A stretch of DNA of 64,000 nucleotides from contig CAVRCS010000005.1 of the NCBI GenBank assembly GCA_963719635.1, forward strand, positions 72,455 to 136,454, in the 5' to 3' direction. Both the position numbers and the translations under genes were made by a program. The notes under the pieces were generated by a model, which ran no database searches, was not told the origin of the DNA, and worked only from the letters and a program-made list of their open reading frames with translations. The stretch comes from an uncultured Thermoplasmata archaeon. GTDB lineage: Archaea; Thermoplasmatota; Thermoplasmata; Lutacidiplasmatales; UBA184. Positions within the stretch are counted from its first letter, which is position 1; the number at the start of each line of letters is the position of its first letter. Shown piece by piece: positions 9,902 through 17,761 of the stretch.

Positions 9902-11061
9902 TGCCCGTCCTTTCCGAGTACCGCACGGTCGTCGTCGGGGCCGGGATCGTCGGACTGTACACGGCGTACCACCTCGCGCGCGCGGGCGCCGGACCGATCC
10001 TCGTCGTCGACCGCGGGTTCCTCTCCTCCGGCGGTTCCGGTCGGAACGGCGGCGGGGTCCGCCAGCAGTGGGAGACCCGCGCGACGATCCGGCTCGCGCG
10101 CGAGTCGGTGGCGGCGTACCGACGATTCGGCCGGGAGTTCGGCCACAACGTCTGGTTCCGCCAGGGCGGGTACCTCTTTCTCGCCGAGACACCGGCCGAG
10201 CTCGAGCGCCTCGCCCGGGTGCACGCGGTCGTCCGGTCGGAGGGGCTGGCGTCGCGCCTCCTGGACCAGGACGGGGTCGCCCGGCTCGTCGACGGGATCG
10301 CCCCAGGGGCCGTGCTCGGCGGGTCATTCCTCCCGAGCGACGGGACCGTCTACCCATTCCCGGCGGTCTGGGGGCTCTACGAGGCCGTGCGCCGGCTCGG
10401 CGTCGAGGTCGCCCTCGGCGTCGATGCGATGCAGGTCCGGCGGAACGGGGACCGGGTCGACGGGCTGCTCACCAGCGCCGGCGCGGTGCGGGCCACGAAC
10501 GTCGTGAACGCGGCCGGCGGCTGGTCCGGCGAATTCTCCCGGCGGTGCGGCCTCGCGGTCCCGAACGTGGCGACCCGCCACGAGATCCTCGCGACCGAGC
10601 CGATGAAGCCGTTCCTCGACCCGATGGTCGTGCGCGCTTCGGACGGCCTGTACTTCAGCCAGACGATGCGCGGGGAGCTCGTCGGCGGCCTCACCGTCCC
10701 GCACCCGACGGGCACGCGCCGGGGCGTCCCGAGCTCGCCGCAGTTCCTCACGCGCATGGCGCGCGCCCTGGTCGGCCTCCTCCCGCGACTGCGCGGGTTG
10801 GGGGTCCTGCGGGCGTGGGCCGGCTTCTACGACGACACGCCGGACGGGTTCCCGGTGATCGGCGAGGACCCCCGGCTCCGCGGCTTCGTCCACGCCAACG
10901 GGTTCGGAGGCCACGGGTTCATGCTCGCGCCGGCGTCCGGGCTCCGCGTCGCCCGCGCGGTCCTCGGGGAGCGGCTCGACCTCGACCCGCGGGAGTTCTC
11001 GCCCGCCCGGTTCCTCGGCCGCGGGACCGCGCCCGCCGTCGAGGGCCTGCAGCTCGGCTGA
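9901..11061 (+). CDS. FAD-dependent oxidoreductase (DAO family, sarcosine oxidase beta/HcnC-like)
   Basis: VVVGAGIVGLYTAYHLA dinucleotide fold, GGYLFLA, ANGFGGHGFMLAP. ATG at 9901 overlaps the upstream TGA. Confidence 0.85.
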   Translation: MPVLSEYRTVVVGAGIVGLYTAYHLARAGAGPILVVDRGFLSSGGSGRNGGGVRQQWETRATIRLARESVAAYRRFGREFGHNVWFRQGGYLFLAETPAELERLARVHAVVRSEGLASRLLDQDGVARLVDGIAPGAVLGGSFLPSDGTVYPFPAVWGLYEAVRRLGVEVALGVDAMQVRRNGDRVDGLLTSAGAVRATNVVNAAGGWSGEFSRRCGLAVPNVATRHEILATEPMKPFLDPMVVRASDGLYFSQTMRGELVGGLTVPHPTGTRRGVPSSPQFLTRMARALVGLLPRLRGLGVLRAWAGFYDDTPDGFPVIGEDPRLRGFVHANGFGGHGFMLAPASGLRVARAVLGERLDLDPREFSPARFLGRGTAPAVEGLQLG

Positions 11062-11110
11062 CCGGAGCCCCCGCCGCCACCGTATTGAGCGGCGGCCCGG
11101 CTCGACCGGC

Positions 11111-12442
11111 GTGATCGGCCGGTTCCCGTGGGAGCCGTTCGGGCAGAGCGAGCCGGAGGCTGGCGGCACCGACCCGCTCCTCGCGACGATCTACCGCGGG
11201 GCGGTCCAAGGGGCGGACGCCTACCGCGCAGTCCGGGCGGCGGTCCGCCGCGACGGCGACGTCCTGCGTCTGGGCAACCGGTTCGTGCCCGACGGGCGGT
11301 ACCGCGAGGTCGCGTTCGTCGCCCTGGGGCACGCGGCGACGTCGATGGCGATGGCCGTCCTAGACGTCTTCGGCGAGCGGGTCACCCAGGGGTTCGTCGC
11401 CGGGCCCGAGCCGCCCCCCGCGTCGGTTCCGTTCGTCTCGGTGACCGTCGACGACGGCTGGGGCGGCTCGGCGCACGCCCTGCAGGCCCTCGAGGCGACG
11501 CGGGAGATCGCCTCCGGGCTCCGCCCGAACGACCTGCTCCTCCTGCTCGTCTCCCCCGGCGCGGTCCGCGCGCTACTCCTGCCGCCGTCCGGGGTCGACG
11601 CAGCAGCGTTCGCGACCGTCCTCGCCGAGCTCCACGCTTCGGGGGCCCGCGGGCGCGACGTCGACGCTGTGGCCCGGGTCTACGGAGCCGGCGGGGTCGG
11701 CGGCCGGCTGGTCCCGGCGGAGGTCGCCGCGGACGTACAATGCCTGCTCGTCGACCGGGGCGGCGGGGCCGCCTCCGTCGGCGGCGGTCCGACGTTCCCG
11801 GTCACCGAGTCGGAGCGCGCGTCGGCCCGCCTCGTCGTCGAGCGTGCCGGGTTCGCGGGGAGGCTCCCGGTCCCCGCAGCGGCCGCGCCGGCGGTGCCAG
11901 CGGCGTCGCGCCTCCTCGGGCGGCGGCCGGTCGTCGTCGCCGGGCCCGAGGACGCGCTGCGCGGCGCTGCGGACGCGGTCGTCGACAAGGGATGGTTCGC
12001 CCGGCTCGGTGCCCTCAACCTCGCGGAAGGGCCCGCCGGCACCGCCGACCGGCTCCTCGACCGGAGCGAGGAGGTCGTCGCTGCGGAGCGCCAAGGCGGC
12101 GACGGGCCATCGAAGGGAATCGCCGTCTTCGCGACGTCGACGCTCGACCTCCCCGAAGGGGTGGTGGAGCGGCCCGCGTGCGAAGCGTTCCTCGTGCGTG
12201 CGGTCGACGAGATCCGCCGGCGCGAGACGAGCGTCGGGATCCTCCGCACCGCGGGCCCGACCGGCCCATCGCCGGCGTTCGCAGGAGCCGTCGTCGGCGC
12301 GCCGGGGGACCCGTCGGTGAACGCCCCTCCTTCGCGGGCGCGGGCGCTCAAGATGCGGGCCGGCATCACCGACGTCGGCGCCGTCGCCGTCGCGCTCGTG
12401 CCGACGGCCGCGGGGCGGCCGGCTCGAGCGGGGCGCGGCTAG
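11111..12442 (+). CDS. MOFRL/DUF4147 family protein (glycerate 2-kinase/hydroxypyruvate reductase-like, degenerate motifs)
   Basis: FVALGHAATSMAMA (like GKAAxxMA), LLLLLVSPGA, GGGPTFPV and C-terminal MRAGITDVGAVAVALV match the family layout, but the SGGGS-type motifs are substituted. Confidence 0.55.
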   Translation: MIGRFPWEPFGQSEPEAGGTDPLLATIYRGAVQGADAYRAVRAAVRRDGDVLRLGNRFVPDGRYREVAFVALGHAATSMAMAVLDVFGERVTQGFVAGPEPPPASVPFVSVTVDDGWGGSAHALQALEATREIASGLRPNDLLLLLVSPGAVRALLLPPSGVDAAAFATVLAELHASGARGRDVDAVARVYGAGGVGGRLVPAEVAADVQCLLVDRGGGAASVGGGPTFPVTESERASARLVVERAGFAGRLPVPAAAAPAVPAASRLLGRRPVVVAGPEDALRGAADAVVDKGWFARLGALNLAEGPAGTADRLLDRSEEVVAAERQGGDGPSKGIAVFATSTLDLPEGVVERPACEAFLVRAVDEIRRRETSVGILRTAGPTGPSPAFAGAVVGAPGDPSVNAPPSRARALKMRAGITDVGAVAVALVPTAAGRPARAGRG

Positions 12443-13068
12443 CGCGCCGCGCCGCCGGAGTCCCTTGCTTCGGCCGCCTCGGCGCCCTCGAAGTGGCGCT
12501 TCAGGGCCATGTACTCTGCGAAGGAGATCTGGCGGCGGGCCCGGACCGCCCCCGCCTGCTTGAGCGAGGCGATCTGGAACATGCGCACCAGCTCCGGCAC
12601 CGACCGGGCCGGCGGGAGCTTCGGCTCCGCCGCGAGCGGGACGGCGGCGATCGGCATCTCTCCGACCGGGGTGAGGTCGAGTGACGGGGCCGGAGGACGG
12701 GAGACCGCCGGGACGCTTCCGCGCGAAGCCAGCGACCCGAGCAGCATCGCGTGCTCCCCCGGGGTGAGCTCGCCGTCGGCGAGCAGGACGTCGACCAGCT
12801 CGCGCTGTCGGGGACGGTACGTCTCGACGAGCTCGCGCAGCTCGCGGTCCGGCCGCTCCGCGGACCCGGCGCCGAGGGAGGCCCCGAGCACGCCGTCCAG
12901 CTCGCGCAGCAGCTCATCGAGCGCCTCCGAGAGCTCGGCGGAACTCGGGCCGTGTCCGTCGGCGCCGACGTCGAACGAGGCGCTCAGCCGCGCGACCGCG
13001 CCGGCGGGTCCACGCGTCCCGAGCGGACGCTCGACGGAGAGCTCGACCTGACGCCGGTGGGCGGCCAC
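12439..13068 (-). CDS. hypothetical protein
   Basis: 209-aa ORF with protein-like composition and helical segments (ELRELVETYRPRQRELVDVLLADGELTPGEHAMLL). Overlaps the convergent upstream gene end by 4 nt. Confidence 0.5.
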   Translation of the reverse strand: MAAHRRQVELSVERPLGTRGPAGAVARLSASFDVGADGHGPSSAELSEALDELLRELDGVLGASLGAGSAERPDRELRELVETYRPRQRELVDVLLADGELTPGEHAMLLGSLASRGSVPAVSRPPAPSLDLTPVGEMPIAAVPLAAEPKLPPARSVPELVRMFQIASLKQAGAVRARRQISFAEYMALKRHFEGAEAAEARDSGGAAR

Positions 13069-13218
13069 ACCGGTGAACGGGCCACCGCAAAGAAAACGTA
13101 CGCTGCGCGGGCGAGAGTCCCCGGACGGTCGAGGACCCGGGTCAGTTACAAATCGTTAGTTGCTGTAGGGCAGTAACTATAAATCCGAGCCCCGGTTCCC
13201 TCCGACCGAGGGTATACC

Positions 13219-13698
13219 ATGCACGCCGCCCGTGCCCGCGCCGCCGTCGGAGTCCCGAGCGACCGTGAGGAAGATTGCGAGGGGGAGCACGGCATCTGCC
13301 CCGTCCTCGCGGCGGTCGGCGTCATCGGCACCGAGTGGCGGCTCGCGATCGTGCACCGGCTCCTCGAGGGCCCGCAGCGGTTCAGCGAGATCCTGAAGTC
13401 GAATCCCCGGCTCAACGCCAAGACCCTTAGCGCGACGCTCAAGTTCCTCGAGGGGCAGGGCGTCGTGCAGCGGACCGTCGTCAGCACCCGGCCGTTCTCC
13501 GTCGTCTACTCGCTGACCGAGATGGGCTTGGGCCTGGCCCCCGCAGCGCGGGAGCTGAGGGCGTGGGGCACGCGCTGGCTGCTACCGCGCCGGCAGGCCG
13601 CGCTCCGCGCGGGCGTCGCGTCGCGACGTCCCCCGGTGATCGAGGGAGAGCTCCCGCGCGTCGTGGTCGCCGAGACCGAGGCCCGAAGCAAGCCGTAG
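13219..13698 (+). CDS. HxlR-family winged-helix transcriptional regulator
   Basis: CPVLAAVGVIGTEWRLAIVHRLLEGPQRFSEILKSNPRLNAKTLSATLKFLEGQGVVQR is the HxlR signature. TATAAAT-like box ~35 nt upstream. Confidence 0.8.
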   Translation: MHAARARAAVGVPSDREEDCEGEHGICPVLAAVGVIGTEWRLAIVHRLLEGPQRFSEILKSNPRLNAKTLSATLKFLEGQGVVQRTVVSTRPFSVVYSLTEMGLGLAPAARELRAWGTRWLLPRRQAALRAGVASRRPPVIEGELPRVVVAETEARSKP

Positions 13699-14435
13699 AC
13701 CGCGGCAGGGGCCGAAACCCCGCCTCGGCGGGAGCGTTTCACCCCCTCCCCTTCCGGGGTTCAAGTAGCCCGGAACCGTAGTTGGACTGCAACCACCCAG
13801 GGAAGGCTCCCTCACATCGCCGAAGAGGACGGTACCGCGTCCTGGCGTGCGGGGGGTCTTCCCACCCCCTCCTCCACCGTTCAGTTTCCAAGAGGCGTGC
13901 CGGGAGGGACCTCTCCACAAGGGTAGCCGGTCCACCGATGCCCCACCCGCCGTTCGTCCCTTGGTCCGCGCGCCCGCCCCACCGTACGGTGTTGCCGAGC
14001 GCCCCGACCGTCTCCGGACGACACGACTCCCGCCCCGCGACGCTTGCGTTCCGGCCGGTGAACGTGTCCGGAGCCGAGCGTCGCCGTAGCTCCGGCGCCC
14101 CCCGTTAGCGCTCGACGCCGCCGCGCGGAGGTTCTGCGCCTCCCGGCCGTCGGTCGCGAGCGGACGCGAGTACGTGGGCGGCCGCGCGGACCCCTCCGGA
14201 CGGAGCGCTCGACGCTCCCGAGTGGTGCCTCGGCTCTTCCCGACTCCGAACGGCGGACCACAGGAGGAGAGAAGGAAAACGTGGAAGCACGAAGAGAGCG
14301 AACGAGGTCGCCTACCCAACCCATTCCCGCCGAACGCGCCACGGCCGACCGACTGGCGGCTCCGAACGGGGTATCACACCCGAGCTGCCGGACGACCGAG
14401 GGGGCGAGGGATCCCGCGACTGCCGGAGCCGACGC
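13699..14435. other. ~740-bp ORF-free, strand-skewed, hairpin-rich intergenic region (candidate structured RNA, unidentified)
   Basis: Only R/G/P-rich artefact ORFs cross it. The minus strand is G-rich with many stable hairpins, e.g. GGGGGU-GGGAAG-ACCCCC, GGACG-CGGUAC-CGUCC, CCGGAGC-N14-GCUCCGG and CCCC-GGAA-GGGG. Confidence 0.3.
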
Positions 14436-16964
14436 ATGACCGACGACACGGAGACGACGGTCAGGTACCGTCTTACCGGTTTTCCCGAACTGCGAACCCG
14501 CTTCTACCGGGCGATCGCCCGGGAGCTCGCCGCCACTCCGTACCCTGCGGCGGTGCTCGTCGAGGCGTCGACCGCTCGGGCTACGATCGAAGTGACCCTG
14601 GCCCCCGCCGGAGTGTTCGGCTCGGTGTTGGCGGCGCCCGCCTTCTCGTCCATCCAGGCCGCGACCGCGTCGAGGGGGGCCGGGCCCACCGGGCGGGGGG
14701 CTACGTTCGCCTGGGCTCTTGGTCCGGCGACGAACCCTGCCGCGTCGTTCCCGGGCGGTCTCTGGGATGTGCCGGAGCATCGGGCGCTGCTCGGCGAGCA
14801 CGGAGTGCTCGAGAGCCGGACGTTCTGGCTCAGCGGGCGCCGGGACGGGCGGCTGTGGGCGAGCCGCCGGGTACGGTTCACGGCCGACGATGCCACCGAC
14901 CTCGACCGGCGCGCCGCCCCGGTCGGCGCCTACGCGGCGGTCGACTGGAGCCGCGCGACCGGGACCCTCTGTCAGCCGAAGCCGATCCGGCAGACGGACG
15001 GCTCCTTCGAGTCCGCCGACCCTCGTACGATCCCGAGGAGCGCCTGGCTCGCCCTACCTGTCGGGGTCGCGGGGCAGGCGGCGGAGCCGGTCGGTCCGGA
15101 GACCTCGGGCGCGCCGCCGACCGAGGACGGGCACTCCGTCATCCTGGGCTCCTCCGGCGCGGGGAAGACGACGTTCCTCGCCGAGTGCGCCGCTCGGACC
15201 GTCGCCGGCGGAGGGACGGTGCTGGCCGTCGACCTCCACGGCGACCTCGGTCCCGCCATCGTGGCCCGACTCGACCGGGACGGCCGGCGCCGGGTCGTCG
15301 CGGTCGACGCGAGCGAGCGGCCGGTCGTCGGTGTGGCGGCGCTGCGCAGGGCGGACCCCCGGGCGGCGGCGCACTTCGTCGCGGCCGTCAAGCGACTGAG
15401 CCCGGACGGCTCGGAGGTCTACTGGGGGTTCCGTCTCGAGCGCATCTTCGACGCGTTCGTCCGCCTGGTCCAGGAGACCGGCGGGTCGATCGACGACCTG
15501 TATGCCCTCCTCACTGACGGTGACCGCCGCGACGCGGCGCGGCTCGCGACCCGCGAGCCCGAACTCGCGCGCTTCCTGCGAGAGCTCGACCCGGTCGTCC
15601 GGCGTACCCCGGATTTCCTCTGGGGCGCCGCCTCCCGGCTCGCCAAGATCGTGCTCGTGCCGGAGCTGCGCGAGCTGCTCGCGCCGACCGGGGAGGAGGT
15701 GCCGCTCGAGGAGCTCTTCGACGCTCCCGGGGCGGTGATCGTCCGGGCGCCGTTCGCCTCGCTGGGGCCCGAGGCCGCGTCGTTCGCCGCGTCTCTGATA
15801 GTGGCCCGCGCCTACCTCGGGACGGCCGCGCGTCGTCGACCCGGAGGAGCGCATCGGCCGCTGACGTTCGTCCTGGACGAGGTGCAGGGGCTGTCGCCGC
15901 GGCTGGTCGCCGAGATGCTCTCCGAAGGACGGAAGTTCGGGGTCCGTCTCGTGATCGCGAGCCAGTACCCCGAGCGGCTCGCGCCGGAGCTCCGGCTCGC
16001 CGCCGCCGGCGTGGGCCGGGGGGTCGTCGTCTTCCGGACGCCGCGTGCGGGGGCGGCGAGCGCCGGAGGGTGGGTCGGCCTGCCGCCAGTGGAAGCCGAA
16101 CGGCTCCTCCCCGACCTTCCGACGGGCGTAGGCGTCGCGCGTTCCCCCGGGACCGGCGACCTTCGCACGGTCATCGCCGGCGCTCAGCCCGCCGAGCCGG
16201 ACTACGCCGGCTGGACGGAGCTCGTCGACCGGACGCGCGCGAATTTCCCCGCGGGAGTCCCGGCACCGGCAGACGACGAGGCCGGGGTGACGGAACGACT
16301 TCTCCTGGCGGTGCTGGCAGCGGAGGAGAGCGGCACCCCCGCTCGACCGGAAGCGTTGCTGGAGGCCGCGACGCGGCTCCCGGGGAGCCCGATCGATCCG
16401 GCCGCGTTGGAGTGCCGACGGCCGCACCTGACGCGGGCCGGCCTCGTCACCGAGGCGAACGGGACGCTCCACCTGACGCCCGCGGGGGAACGCCGGATCG
16501 GCCTGCACACGACCACCGGGGCGAGCCGAGAGAGCGCGGAGCACCGCGCCCTGCTCGTCCGCGCCTTCCGGATCTTCGCCCGCCACGGCTGCCGCATGGA
16601 GATCGTCCGGCAGGGACGGTACGACACCACGCTGCCGGACGGGCGATTCCTTCAGGTCGCCGACGCCGGACGTCCGCTTTCGCCCCGCGCGTTGGCGGCG
16701 GCGCTCGAGGAGGCGCAGCGGGGATGGGCCTGGCGCTGCTTCCAGGGGTTGGATGTCCACGTGGAAGCGGAGGTCTCCGGTGCGCTGCGGGCCGCCCGCG
16801 TGCGGCGCGGCTGGGAGAAGGCCCGGGGCCGCGGGGCGTTCGCCCTGTTCCTGGTCGGCGACGCCCGGCGCGCCGCCCGAGTGCGCACGGCGCTTCGGAC
16901 CCTGGGGGCGGGCCCGCAGTCGGCGCAGGTCTGGACCCTGCGGGGATGCGGCCTGCTCGAGTAG
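14436..16964 (+). CDS. HerA/FtsK/VirB4-type P-loop ATPase (DUF87-like) with C-terminal wHTH and nuclease-like domain
   Basis: Walker A VILGSSGAGKTTFLAE, Walker B LTFVLDEVQGL, RKFGVRLVIASQYPERL. The C-terminal ~250 aa contains a wHTH-like segment and ESAEHRALLVRAFRIFARHGCRMEIV...LPDGRF...LDVHVEAEVSG. Confidence 0.7.
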   Translation: MTDDTETTVRYRLTGFPELRTRFYRAIARELAATPYPAAVLVEASTARATIEVTLAPAGVFGSVLAAPAFSSIQAATASRGAGPTGRGATFAWALGPATNPAASFPGGLWDVPEHRALLGEHGVLESRTFWLSGRRDGRLWASRRVRFTADDATDLDRRAAPVGAYAAVDWSRATGTLCQPKPIRQTDGSFESADPRTIPRSAWLALPVGVAGQAAEPVGPETSGAPPTEDGHSVILGSSGAGKTTFLAECAARTVAGGGTVLAVDLHGDLGPAIVARLDRDGRRRVVAVDASERPVVGVAALRRADPRAAAHFVAAVKRLSPDGSEVYWGFRLERIFDAFVRLVQETGGSIDDLYALLTDGDRRDAARLATREPELARFLRELDPVVRRTPDFLWGAASRLAKIVLVPELRELLAPTGEEVPLEELFDAPGAVIVRAPFASLGPEAASFAASLIVARAYLGTAARRRPGGAHRPLTFVLDEVQGLSPRLVAEMLSEGRKFGVRLVIASQYPERLAPELRLAAAGVGRGVVVFRTPRAGAASAGGWVGLPPVEAERLLPDLPTGVGVARSPGTGDLRTVIAGAQPAEPDYAGWTELVDRTRANFPAGVPAPADDEAGVTERLLLAVLAAEESGTPARPEALLEAATRLPGSPIDPAALECRRPHLTRAGLVTEANGTLHLTPAGERRIGLHTTTGASRESAEHRALLVRAFRIFARHGCRMEIVRQGRYDTTLPDGRFLQVADAGRPLSPRALAAALEEAQRGWAWRCFQGLDVHVEAEVSGALRAARVRRGWEKARGRGAFALFLVGDARRAARVRTALRTLGAGPQSAQVWTLRGCGLLE

Positions 16965-16995
16965 ACGGTAAGCCCACGGGGCGGCTTTCGCCGGC

Positions 16996-17519
16996 GTGCG
17001 TGCGTTCGTCGCCGTGGACGTGGGGGGGAGCTACCCGGCCCCTCGCGAGCGGCGGAGCACCTGACGCTCCGCTTCCTCGGGGAGGTCGCGCCGGCGCGGC
17101 TCGAGGCAGCCGTCCCGTCGCTGCGCGAGGTCGCCCGCACGACGGCGCCCATCACCGTGCGGCTCGAGGGAGTGGGGGCGTTCCCTTCGGCTGCCCGCCC
17201 GCGGGTCCTCTGGCAGGGCGTGGGCGCCGGTCGCGACGAGATCGTCACCCTCGCCGGTCGGGTGCGCGACGCCCTCGAGCCGGCGTTCGGGGTCGACCGC
17301 GAGCGGTTCGTCCCGCATCTCACCCTCTTCCGGGTCCGGTCCGACGCGGACCGGTTGGCGGCCGAGGAGCTTCTGAGCGGGCGCCGTCCCCCTCCTGCTC
17401 CACGGGACGTCGTCGTTCCGGCGCTGCTCGTGAAAGAGAGCGTGCTTGGACCCGGAGGGGCGGTTCACCGGACCGTCGCGACCCTGCCGTTCGAGCGGGG
17501 CAGTTCGGCCCCCGACTGA
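16996..17519 (+). CDS. thpR: RNA 2',3'-cyclic phosphodiesterase (2'-5' RNA ligase family), apparent frameshift in G7 run 17022-17028
   Basis: VRAFVAVDVGG (frame 1) then EHLTLRFLGEV and PHLTLFRV (two HxTx motifs) in the frame of listed ORF 17157..17519. One extra G restores a single ORF. Confidence 0.8.
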
Positions 17520-17761
17520 GCCGGGCATCCCGGGGTATCCGGCGCCCGACGACGCCTCGGGGTGCGGGCGATGTACCTCCTCCCATCCAGGGGAGTTCCA
17601 GCCGGCCCACACGCCTACCCCGCGCGCAGGGAGTCCCACAGGGGTTCGCTCCTACCCGAGGCGACCGGGCACCGTTCAACGTCCGGTACGGGGAACCGCG
17701 GGGTTAAACCGTGCGCCGGCGGTGAGGGAGTTCGGCTCGCGGCCTCGGCCGGGGGCTGGGG

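Noticed and set aside
13755-13785. tRNA-like T-arm (CCGGGGTTCAAGTAGCCCGG) that might mark a tRNA or att site
   Set aside because: The loop would be 10 nt rather than 7. No acceptor, D or anticodon arms could be built around it on either strand.
13699-14435. RNase P RNA, SRP RNA or C/D-box sRNA assignment for the large intergenic region
   Set aside because: The universal GAGGAAAGUCC and ACAGAA(N)CCGGCUUA elements are absent on both strands. Partial look-alikes (GGAGAGGUCC, ACGGUUCCGGGCUAC) are in the wrong order or spacing. The SRP RNA is found elsewhere (36023..36333). It is left as unclassified.
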